Shown here one piece after another: positions 1 to 7,651 of a DNA stretch of 64,000 bases. The stretch is from positions 62,256-126,255 of the IMG/VR virus record IMGVR_UViG_3300047409_000574; one strand, written 5' to 3'. The number at the start of each line of letters is the position of its first letter. Position 1 is the stretch's first letter. The position numbers were made by a program, and so were the translations under genes. This stretch comes from a virus. The notes below the pieces were generated by a model. The model was not told the origin of the DNA, searched no databases, and saw only the letters and a program-made list of their open reading frames with translations.

Positions 1-1
1 G

Positions 2-3000
2 ACGGCGGATGCTGCGCGGGAGAACCACTACAACTTTGTGCGCAAGAACAACGACCAGCGCGGCAGGCCGATGTACGAGGTGCCGACGGCGGAGGATGAG
101 CAGCGGGCGAAGGACGCGCTCGACTGGGTGCGCACCACGCTCGCGCCGAAGCAGAACAAGTCGGAGTTCGAGCACAACATGGCGGCGATGACGAGCGGGT
201 CGCATGTGCCGGAGCGCGGGGAGGGGATCGTCGCCTACGTGCCGGTCGCGCACGCGAAGGCGCTGGAGAAGGAGATCGTGCTCCAGCGCGAGCAGACAGC
301 ACGCGGCACGTCGGAGCATCTCGGCACGGTGAAGGAGCGCTTGAAGCTGCGGCTGACGGTGGAGGCGGTGTTCGAGCGCGAGGGTGACTACGGGGTGACG
401 TACATCACCCGGATGGCCGACCCGGACGGGAACATCGTCAAGTGGTTCGGCTCCTACCCGTTGGAGCAGGGCAAGACCTACGAGGGCATGTGGGGGGTGA
501 AGAAGCACGACGAGTACAAGGGCGGCAAGGAGACGGTCGTGACCCGGCCGACCAAGCTGGAGATGGTTGTCGAGGACACCGGCGAGAAGGGTGACGCGCC
601 GGTGCGCTACGAGGGCGACTTCCTGGAGCGCCGGGCGCAGCGGGATGCGGCTGCTGCCGCCCTGGCGACCGGGGGGCCGGTGCATGCGCCGTCGGAGTTC
701 ATCACGTTGCCGAAGTCGGGCAAGCTTCGCGCGCCCGCGATGGAGGCGCTCGCGGCGCTCGATTCGTTGCTGGTGATTCCGCCGATGCATGGGCCGATTC
801 CGGTGAAGGCGACGGCGGGCAAGAACACGCGGGGTGGCTATGCGCGCAGGCCGGATGCGGATGCTCCGCGCGCGCCGGTTTGGGAGGGGCCGACGGTGCG
901 TATGACGGGCTTCGGCAAGGGCCGCTCGAACCGTCCGGCGAAGCTCGCGTCGGAGATCGCGGTTGGTGACGTGATCGTGTTGGCGGCGGGCTACTACGCG
1001 CCGGTGACGGCGACGAGCCAGGAGGAGCACGAGATCGGGTTCGGGCGTGAGCCGGTGATGAAGGCGCATATCACGATCGACCGGGGCGAGGGGGGCAAGC
1101 CGAACCTCCAGGAACTCACGTACAAGCCGGACGAGTTGATCCCGTTCCAGTGGGCACCGGCCGCGGCGGATGTGCCGGAGCATCCGACGTTGTATCCGAA
1201 GGAGATCAGGGTGTCGGTCTCGGATGACAGGGACACCGACTCGGCGCTGGCAACGCTGATTCACGAGATGGGCCACTACATCGACAACCAGGCGTTCCGT
1301 AACTACCCGCGGATGGCGGGGTTCGCGACCGACCATGCGGGCTTCCGTGTGAGGGGGGATGAGAAGGAACGCCGTGAGGCGGTCGAGCGGATGCGCGCTG
1401 CGGGCCAGAAGGGCGTCGATCTGTTGGAGCTTTACGATGCGGAGGAGACACCGTTGTCGGCGTGGTTGGAGGCGGTGCGGGACAGCCCCGAGGCCGAAGG
1501 GTTGCGCACCGGCGTGTCGTACGCGGAGGCGGCCACGCACAAGTATTTGCTTTCGCCGAAGGAGTTGTGGGCGCGCTCGTTCGCCCAGTGGGTGGCGACC
1601 CGTTCCGACAACCCGGCGCTCAAGGCGTGGCTGGTCTCGTTGCAGAACCAGCCGGACACGCACATCGTGCAGCACAAGCGTTACGACCGGGTGGCGCACG
1701 CGAACGTGCTGGTGCCGGTCGAGGAGAAGCGGCCGAACTATCTGCTGTTGCGCCAGTGGTCGGATGAGAACTTCGTGCCGATCGGCGAGGCGATGGACGT
1801 GCTGTTCGAGCGTCTACACTGGTTGCGTGGCGGAGCCGGGAGTGGACGAGACGGGGACACCGATCCTGTTGCCGGACGGCTCGTTGGAGGCCGATCCGGT
1901 GGAGGAGTTGGTGATCGACATGCTCTGGTCGCCGACGCTCTCGCCGTCGCCGGACTAGGCGAGAAGGGAGGCTCCGGCCTGCCGGACACGGTGTGGTTGG
2001 AGACATCGCCGTCCGATCTCGGGCATGCGCGCATGAAGGATCGGGTGCCGTGGAGCTACGACCCGGCGAGCGGCCGGTTGTTCATCGGCTCGGGCGGTTC
2101 GGATCACACCGAGCTAACGCGGGCGATGCGCGCGCAGGGTCACGAGATGGGCGACGACGAGTGGAACGGCGTGTGGATGATGGACGGCCCGAGCGTGGGG
2201 GTGCATGTGCACTCGAACCTGGGGCCGCCGGACTTCGGCAACCCGCTGGGTCACGATGAGCCGTTGCCGCCGGTGCTGGCGTCGCGGTTGCGCCAGGCGT
2301 TCGGCGGGCCGCTGCACGGGCACGCTGGCGGGGAGAAGGGTGATCCCGGTGTCGCGTCGCTCAAGGGCGACGGGCCGTTGCCGATGGAGAATGGTCTCTA
2401 CTACCGCCTACACACGGTGGGTGCGCCGTTCGGGCCGGAGCATGCGAGCACGGTGCCGCCGATCCCGGAGGAGGTGGCCGCGTCGAGCGAGGTGATGCGT
2501 GGACTCGCGACGCCGAAGCCGGGCTACTCGGCGTTCTGGAATCCGCATCATCTCGTCCAGTACGCGGAGGCGATGAGTTGGGAGCCGACGAAGGTGCGGG
2601 TGCTCGCGTTCCGGGGCACACCGATCGGCGAGGGCAGCGATGGTGAGCCGCGCGTGATGCCGGACTCGACGAAGGTCGAGGCGCGGATGGGCTGGCAGAA
2701 GTTCGTGGATCGCACCGACTGGACGCCGAACGGCTACGGGATGTGGCACGAGCACACGTGGGGCGATGGGCCGGACGGTCGGATCGCCGACGACGGCTAC
2801 CGCACGCTCGCGCAGCTAGGTGACAAGGGCGACATGACGAACCCGGAGTTGCTCGGCGGCGCGTGGACGTTGCCGATCACGTACGACCGCGACGGTCTCC
2901 ACCATGTGGTGCCGATCGACGCGACGATCGCGCCGGACGTGCAGCGTGCGATCGACCGGGGCTTCACTACGGTGGCGTCGTGTTCGGGCTTGAAGGCCGA

Positions 3001-4399
3001 TCATCCCGAAGGGGCGGGCAACCCGCACGCAGGCCGGTCGGGCGACGGCTATCTGGCGTTCCCGTTGGCGGCTCACTCACCGGAGCAGATTGCGGCGATC
3101 GAGCACGCCGCGAAGCAGGCTGGGTTTGCTCATCTCTACGCCGACGTTTACGGCGAGCCTGGGCTGATGGTCTACACGCCAGACATGAAGCTGCGCCAGC
3201 GCGCGTACCGTCAGGCGAACGAGGCGGTTGGGCTGGCCCCGGATGCCGACCCGCCCTCTGGGGCTGCGTTCAACGAGTGGTATGCAGCACGCGTGGCCGC
3301 GTTCAAGAGGCTGGGTGTCGGCCGGGCGACCGACGAGGAGGTCGCACCGGCGTGGCGGGAGTTCTTCGACACGCTGAACGGTGCACGCCAGCCGGTGGAC
3401 TACGCGAGCATCCCGCCGGTGCTCTATCACGCGGCGCGTGACTCGACCGCGAGCGGCGGCGGCGATCCGGTGGTGCATGTCGAGGTCGCCCCGGCGGCGG
3501 CCGAAGCTGGCGCGCTGATCCAGGCGGGACACGAGCGCGCCGGTGTGGTGGAGATCACACGTGACGCGCTCGCGGGGAGCGATCTTATCCGGCTGCCGGA
3601 CGGTTCGATCCAGGTGCGCGGCAACCCGAACTTCGGCGGCGAGAAGGGCGACCCGAGCCTGCCGGAGTCCACACGGGTCGAGCCGACCGACGAACTGCTC
3701 GCGGAGATCGAGAAGCTCCAGGCGAGCGTCGGCGGGCGCGGCAAGCTCGGCAGGCAGGGCGACACGGATGATCTGCTCGGCGAGGTGCTGAGTGACATGC
3801 GTTACGCGCGACGGCTGCCGGAGTATGCGGCGGCGTACAAGTTCTACGAGCGGCGCACACCGGATGGCGGGATCGCCGGGCTGATGGTGCTGGCCGACCC
3901 GCCGCTGAACGTGCCGGAGCACCGGCTGCCTTACGGCATGACGTTGGACAACACGGTTGTGCTCGGGCGGCTGGTGAGTGTGCAGCCGGGCACCGGCACG
4001 ATCATGCTGCGCGACGCGGCCCGCTACGCGGCCGAGCATGGCAAGGGGCTGGTGTTGTGGTCGCTGCCGGGCGCGCGCGAGTTCTACCGCAAGGCGGGCA
4101 TGAGCGAGGAGAAGGACGGCTGGGTTTACAAGGAGTGGTGGACGGCGGAGCAGGTCGCCGACCACACACGTAGGCTGGTCGAGAGCCTTGACGAACCTGC
4201 GGTAGCAACCGCCGCAGGCAGCGCGGACGGGGACAGGGCCGGGGGGTTCAGTCCCGTCCGCGCGCTACTTGAAACGCTCGGGGTGCCGCCGGAGGAGGAG
4301 GAGGAAACACTGGTGAAGCTGCTGCTGCTCGGCGAGGGGCGGGAGCGGTTCATGCGGGAGTGGTGCGGGGAGGCCGGGGTGGACTTCGCCGTTTTGTGA
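2..4399 (+). CDS. Polyvalent multidomain protein, 5'-partial: OB-fold-like, HEXXH zincin metallopeptidase, unknown domain, ART-like, 'TVASCSG' domain, GNAT acetyltransferase
   Basis: The frame of ORF 38..4399 is open from base 2. Motifs: LIHEMGHYID plus ELWARSFAQW (zincin); YYR..GYSAF..DGEP (ART-like); GTGTIML..AREFYRKAGM (GNAT). Domains are separated by G[ED]KG at 581, 1958, 2330, 2819 and 3638. Confidence 0.8.
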   Translation, partial: TADAARENHYNFVRKNNDQRGRPMYEVPTAEDEQRAKDALDWVRTTLAPKQNKSEFEHNMAAMTSGSHVPERGEGIVAYVPVAHAKALEKEIVLQREQTARGTSEHLGTVKERLKLRLTVEAVFEREGDYGVTYITRMADPDGNIVKWFGSYPLEQGKTYEGMWGVKKHDEYKGGKETVVTRPTKLEMVVEDTGEKGDAPVRYEGDFLERRAQRDAAAAALATGGPVHAPSEFITLPKSGKLRAPAMEALAALDSLLVIPPMHGPIPVKATAGKNTRGGYARRPDADAPRAPVWEGPTVRMTGFGKGRSNRPAKLASEIAVGDVIVLAAGYYAPVTATSQEEHEIGFGREPVMKAHITIDRGEGGKPNLQELTYKPDELIPFQWAPAAADVPEHPTLYPKEIRVSVSDDRDTDSALATLIHEMGHYIDNQAFRNYPRMAGFATDHAGFRVRGDEKERREAVERMRAAGQKGVDLLELYDAEETPLSAWLEAVRDSPEAEGLRTGVSYAEAATHKYLLSPKELWARSFAQWVATRSDNPALKAWLVSLQNQPDTHIVQHKRYDRVAHANVLVPVEEKRPNYLLLRQWSDENFVPIGEAMDVLFERLHWLRGGAGSGRDGDTDPVAGRLVGGRSGGGVGDRHALVADALAVAGLGEKGGSGLPDTVWLETSPSDLGHARMKDRVPWSYDPASGRLFIGSGGSDHTELTRAMRAQGHEMGDDEWNGVWMMDGPSVGVHVHSNLGPPDFGNPLGHDEPLPPVLASRLRQAFGGPLHGHAGGEKGDPGVASLKGDGPLPMENGLYYRLHTVGAPFGPEHASTVPPIPEEVAASSEVMRGLATPKPGYSAFWNPHHLVQYAEAMSWEPTKVRVLAFRGTPIGEGSDGEPRVMPDSTKVEARMGWQKFVDRTDWTPNGYGMWHEHTWGDGPDGRIADDGYRTLAQLGDKGDMTNPELLGGAWTLPITYDRDGLHHVVPIDATIAPDVQRAIDRGFTTVASCSGLKADHPEGAGNPHAGRSGDGYLAFPLAAHSPEQIAAIEHAAKQAGFAHLYADVYGEPGLMVYTPDMKLRQRAYRQANEAVGLAPDADPPSGAAFNEWYAARVAAFKRLGVGRATDEEVAPAWREFFDTLNGARQPVDYASIPPVLYHAARDSTASGGGDPVVHVEVAPAAAEAGALIQAGHERAGVVEITRDALAGSDLIRLPDGSIQVRGNPNFGGEKGDPSLPESTRVEPTDELLAEIEKLQASVGGRGKLGRQGDTDDLLGEVLSDMRYARRLPEYAAAYKFYERRTPDGGIAGLMVLADPPLNVPEHRLPYGMTLDNTVVLGRLVSVQPGTGTIMLRDAARYAAEHGKGLVLWSLPGAREFYRKAGMSEEKDGWVYKEWWTAEQVADHTRRLVESLDEPAVATAAGSADGDRAGGFSPVRALLETLGVPPEEEEETLVKLLLLGEGRERFMREWCGEAGVDFAVL
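1827..1958 (+). CDS. Nested out-of-frame 43-aa acidic protein (MAEPGVDETG...SPSPD), candidate immunity protein
   Basis: GTG..TAG ORF with strongly G/C third positions, while the host frame here reads like an off-frame G/R/V-rich linker. TACACT (1815-1820) lies 6 nt before the GTG. The stop overlaps the first base of the GEKG linker codons. Confidence 0.6.
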   Translation: MAEPGVDETGTPILLPDGSLEADPVEELVIDMLWSPTLSPSPD

Positions 4400-4400
4400 C

Positions 4401-4526
4401 CGGTCAACTCTCTTGCCCTGGGTGCGCCCATTGGGGCAACAGAATCGGCGAGTGTATGCGACACTTCCGAGGTTGATGTTCTCGCCGGTGCGCACCCATG
4501 CCTGATCGCCGCCAAGAGGCTGATCG
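4401..4526 (+). ncRNA. Candidate structured intergenic RNA (multi-branched)
   Basis: Nested complementary segments: 4419-4427/4490-4498 (9 bp), 4444-4452/4481-4489 (9 bp with one GU), 4410-4415/4513-4518 and 4401-4406/4521-4526. Confidence 0.3.
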
Positions 4527-4586
4527 CCGTAAGGAGGTTCGTCGTAAAGCCGAGCGCAGGGCGGCGCTGCTCCCTCCTACCAGCCC

Positions 4587-5288
4587 ATGAGCGCGGTGGA
4601 ATCACTCCGACCTGAGACGGCTATCGACGCGATGCTGCGCGAGCTTCTCGCCCGGCCTGACCCGACGACCGCCGCAGAGAACGCTGTCAACAAGGCTGTC
4701 GCGGCCGAGCGCGACTATGTGGACGGCAAGATCGAGGTTCTGGAGGAGCGGCTGGCCGGAATCGACGAGGCAACAAAGTTGCGACTCGGCGGGATCATTG
4801 AAATCCCGCATGCGATCGACGAGAAGGTCGGCAACCTCAAGGATGTGACGTTCGAGAAGTTTGCTTCGGTCGCGACTCAGTTCGCCGAGCGCGACACTCG
4901 TTCTGAGCGTGAGTCGCGCGACAACAAGATTGCTGTAGACGCAGCTTTCGCCGCTCAGAAGGAGATTGCTGCGAAGGTCGATGAGGCGAACTCGAAGCGG
5001 ATTGACAAGTCCGAGCAGGCGACGGAGAAGATCATCGACGCGCTCGGCGACAAGATCGACGACTTGAAGGAACGGCTGGCTCGGGTCGAGTCGTCGAAGC
5101 AGGGTGCGACCGAGCAGCGGCAGGAGTCGCGGGCGAATATTTCGACGAGCACGGCGATCCTGGGTGGGATCGCGGCGGTGTTCGCGTTGCTCGCGTTGCT
5201 TGGTGGCGGCTACGCGTTCTCGAAGGCGGGCGGCACCCAGCAGCAGCCGGTAGTGGTTCTGCCTGCTCAGACGGCGACGACTCCGTAA
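4587..5288 (+). CDS. Coiled-coil protein with C-terminal transmembrane helix
   Basis: Charged helical body and hydrophobic stretch AILGGIAAVFALLALLGGGYAF. Confidence 0.75.
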   Translation: MSAVESLRPETAIDAMLRELLARPDPTTAAENAVNKAVAAERDYVDGKIEVLEERLAGIDEATKLRLGGIIEIPHAIDEKVGNLKDVTFEKFASVATQFAERDTRSERESRDNKIAVDAAFAAQKEIAAKVDEANSKRIDKSEQATEKIIDALGDKIDDLKERLARVESSKQGATEQRQESRANISTSTAILGGIAAVFALLALLGGGYAFSKAGGTQQQPVVVLPAQTATTP

Positions 5289-5298
5289 GCTCCGGCGC

Positions 5299-5622
5299 AT
5301 GAGCGGGGCCGCATCTGACCAGTCAATGGTCGCCGAAGTTTCGACTGGACTGACGGAGGACGAACGTTCTCGCGTGCGCAAGGAGGGTTACGACGAGGGC
5401 TGGCGGGACGGCTGCGACTACACTCTCGCGAAGTTCGAGGAGGTCAGGCTGGCGCAGCTAGCGGACGGTGAACGGCGGGTCGCGGCGATCGAGGAGGGCG
5501 CGGAACGCTCCTCGCATAAGTTCGACCGGGAACTGGAGGCGTTGTCGCGCGACATGGTCTCTGCTCACAACGAGGGGCTGCACAACGAGACTCCGCGAAG
5601 GACGTGTCCGTTGTGCCGGTGA
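5299..5622 (+). CDS. Hypothetical protein (probably leaderless)
   Basis: Phage-like codon bias; TAAGCT 7 nt before the ATG; C-terminal H..H..CxxC. Confidence 0.6.
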   Translation: MSGAASDQSMVAEVSTGLTEDERSRVRKEGYDEGWRDGCDYTLAKFEEVRLAQLADGERRVAAIEEGAERSSHKFDRELEALSRDMVSAHNEGLHNETPRRTCPLCR

Positions 5623-5940
5623 GCGCGCATGAGAGTCTCGGCCCCGGCGTGCCGATGACACTCTGGCGGCGGAAGCGCTGGTGGCTGGGTGGGCGGCATC
5701 TGCCGTGGGGTTTGCACATCGGGGGGCTGCATGTCACCTGGTACGACGCTTGGCTCGGCCGGTGTACCACTGACGAACTTGTGACGTTCGTCGCGCGTGA
5801 ACATCGACGTTAGGGTGGCTTCGGGCGGCCCTGGCCTCTGGGCGAGTGCACGGGGTCGCCCGCTTCGCATAGAGTCGGGCTGCTGCCCGGACGGGTCAGC
5901 CCGAGATGGCGGCGGATGCGCGCCTGGTTAGGAGTACGTC

Positions 5941-6639
5941 ATGCAGGTGGACTACACCGATCTCGCGATGGTGTCGCGGATCAGGGTCGAGGTTCGCGGC
6001 GGGTCGATGGAGGCGGCGGAGAAGGTCGCGTTCCTGGTGCTCGAACACGCCCGGCAGGCTGGCTACCTGGAGGGTGTCGTGCCCGACGGCGGAGAGTGGA
6101 GCGACCACTTCTTCAACGCGCCGAACATGACCCGCAAGTCCGGGGAGGGGCCGGAGCCGTGGACGGAACTGGGAATGCTTTACGCCGGTCGGCTGGCGTT
6201 CACGTTCCAGCCGATGGTCGCGTCGGGCGGGTTGCGCCAGTACGGGTACACGGTCGAGCCGGGCGGCGAGCATGCTCCGATCCCCCCGCACGGCGAGCAC
6301 GGGTTCATCGTGCTGGATCGACAGCGGCCGGTGACGCGGGAGAACTCGTGGGACGGGCTGCCGCCGTGGCAGCCGCCTGATGGCACGGTTGCGGAGACGG
6401 GGGAGGATGTGCTCGACGACATTCGCAAGCGCCCCGATGTGATCGAGGTGTCGGCGAGCATGAGCGTGCAGCGCGCGAGCGGAGGGGTGTGGGTGGTCGG
6501 GGTGGTGTTCGATGCACGCCCGCCGGTCAATGGACGCGGGGAGACGCTGCTCGATGCGGCTCTCGATGCTCTTGCCAGGTGCTCGGAGCCGCTGGAAGGC
6601 GCGCAGAAGGTTGCGGCCGAACGAATCGCTGGGATTTAG
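5941..6639 (+). CDS. Hypothetical protein
   Basis: 232-aa ORF with high GC3 and an AGGAG Shine-Dalgarno before the ATG. Confidence 0.7.
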   Translation: MQVDYTDLAMVSRIRVEVRGGSMEAAEKVAFLVLEHARQAGYLEGVVPDGGEWSDHFFNAPNMTRKSGEGPEPWTELGMLYAGRLAFTFQPMVASGGLRQYGYTVEPGGEHAPIPPHGEHGFIVLDRQRPVTRENSWDGLPPWQPPDGTVAETGEDVLDDIRKRPDVIEVSASMSVQRASGGVWVVGVVFDARPPVNGRGETLLDAALDALARCSEPLEGAQKVAAERIAGI

Positions 6640-6650
6640 GGTAGAGAGAC

Positions 6651-6689
6651 CGGGCGGCGGGCGACCCCCTTTTCACGGCCCGCCGCCCG
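6651..6689 (+). terminator. GC-rich hairpin (terminator-like)
   Basis: Perfect 12-bp stem CGGGCGGCGGGC/GCCCGCCGCCCG just after the stop at 6639. Confidence 0.55.
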
Positions 6690-6699
6690 TTGCAGGGGC

Positions 6700-6728
6700 T
6701 TGCAGGTTGCAACGCTGGTGGCTATCGT
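6700..6728 (+). promoter_or_regulatory. Sigma-A-like promoter of groES
   Basis: TTGCAG-17 nt-TATCGT, upstream of the GAGAGGT Shine-Dalgarno and the ATG at 6757. Confidence 0.45.
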
Positions 6729-6756
6729 TCGAGTTCCGACCTTGAGAGGTAGAGAG

Positions 6757-7041
6757 ATGAGTTTGCGACCTTTGGCAGACCGCGTTCTCGTGTTGCCGGA
6801 AACCGGCGCGGAGAATGTCGGCGGTGTGTTCATCCCGGAGCAGTTCCGGGACAAGCAGAAGATGGGCATGGTGAAGGCGGTCGGCCCCGGCCTGCCGGAC
6901 GAGCAGGGCAGGCGGGTGCCGCCGCAGGTCGAGGTGGGCGACAAGGTGCTCTACTCGCAGTACGGCGGGATCGACGTGGAGATCGACGGGGTCAACTATC
7001 TCGTGCTGCGAGAAGGAGATTTGATCGGGGTGGTGGAGTAA
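6757..7041 (+). CDS. groES: Co-chaperonin GroES (Cpn10), copy 1
   Basis: LRPLADRVLV, GGVFIP, VKAVGPG, VEVGDKVLYSQYGG and YLVLREGDLIGVV are canonical Cpn10 motifs. Confidence 0.95.
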   Translation: MSLRPLADRVLVLPETGAENVGGVFIPEQFRDKQKMGMVKAVGPGLPDEQGRRVPPQVEVGDKVLYSQYGGIDVEIDGVNYLVLREGDLIGVVE

Positions 7042-7307
7042 TGGGACTCCGCATCCCCGATGGCGCGAGGTGCATCGTGCCCGGCTGTCGGGAGACGCCG
7101 ACGCTTTCGTTGAGCGTGCGCATTCGGCGGCGGGACACGAGTGCGGCCTGGGCACCGGAGACGCACGCGTATGCGTGTGAAAGGCACGGCGAGGGTGGTT
7201 GCAGAGTGACGGTGTATTTCGAGCCGACCGGTGACTATCACGTTGAGACGACGGTGATCGGGGTCAGAGGGCCGGTGGCGCGGCGCACGCAGATCAAGCT
7301 GCGCTGA
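7041..7307 (+). CDS. Hypothetical protein with Cys/His motifs
   Basis: TAATG coupling to groES; CIVPGC and CERH motifs. Confidence 0.6.
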   Translation: MGLRIPDGARCIVPGCRETPTLSLSVRIRRRDTSAAWAPETHAYACERHGEGGCRVTVYFEPTGDYHVETTVIGVRGPVARRTQIKLR

Positions 7308-7336
7308 CCGGCGGAACGACTACAGAGAGGTAGAGC

Positions 7337-7627
7337 ATGTCGAGTTTCACTTTCGCGTGGCACTACGTTCGGGATGAGCACGACGATGTGCATGTGTACC
7401 GAGAGTCCGGGCGCAACACGATGTGTGGTAAGGACAAGCGGTGGACGACGAGCATGGTGCCGCTCGGAGATCACAACGATCATTTCGTGTCGTGTGAGAA
7501 TTGCCGTGACGCGCTCAGGATTGTGATGCTGGACTTCGTGGACAGGGTGACGGGGCTGCACCAGCGGCTCTCGGCTTTGGAGGCGGAGGAGCGCAACAAA
7601 GCTGGGAGGGTGCGGGCGGCGGTCTAG
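7337..7627 (+). CDS. Hypothetical protein, possible zinc finger
   Basis: GAGAGGTAG Shine-Dalgarno; H..CG..CENC motif. Confidence 0.6.
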   Translation: MSSFTFAWHYVRDEHDDVHVYRESGRNTMCGKDKRWTTSMVPLGDHNDHFVSCENCRDALRIVMLDFVDRVTGLHQRLSALEAEERNKAGRVRAAV

Positions 7628-7651
7628 CGAACGGCGTGCGATCATGCCGGG

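Noticed and set aside
581-3655. GEKGD motifs read as collagen repeats
   Set aside because: They are isolated pentapeptides hundreds of residues apart, not continuous Gly-X-Y runs. True collagen occurs only at about 58480-58640.
6690-6756. CIRCE/HrcA operator before groES
   Set aside because: TTAGCACTC-N9-GAGTGCTAA is not present; only TTGCA repeats overlapping a putative promoter.
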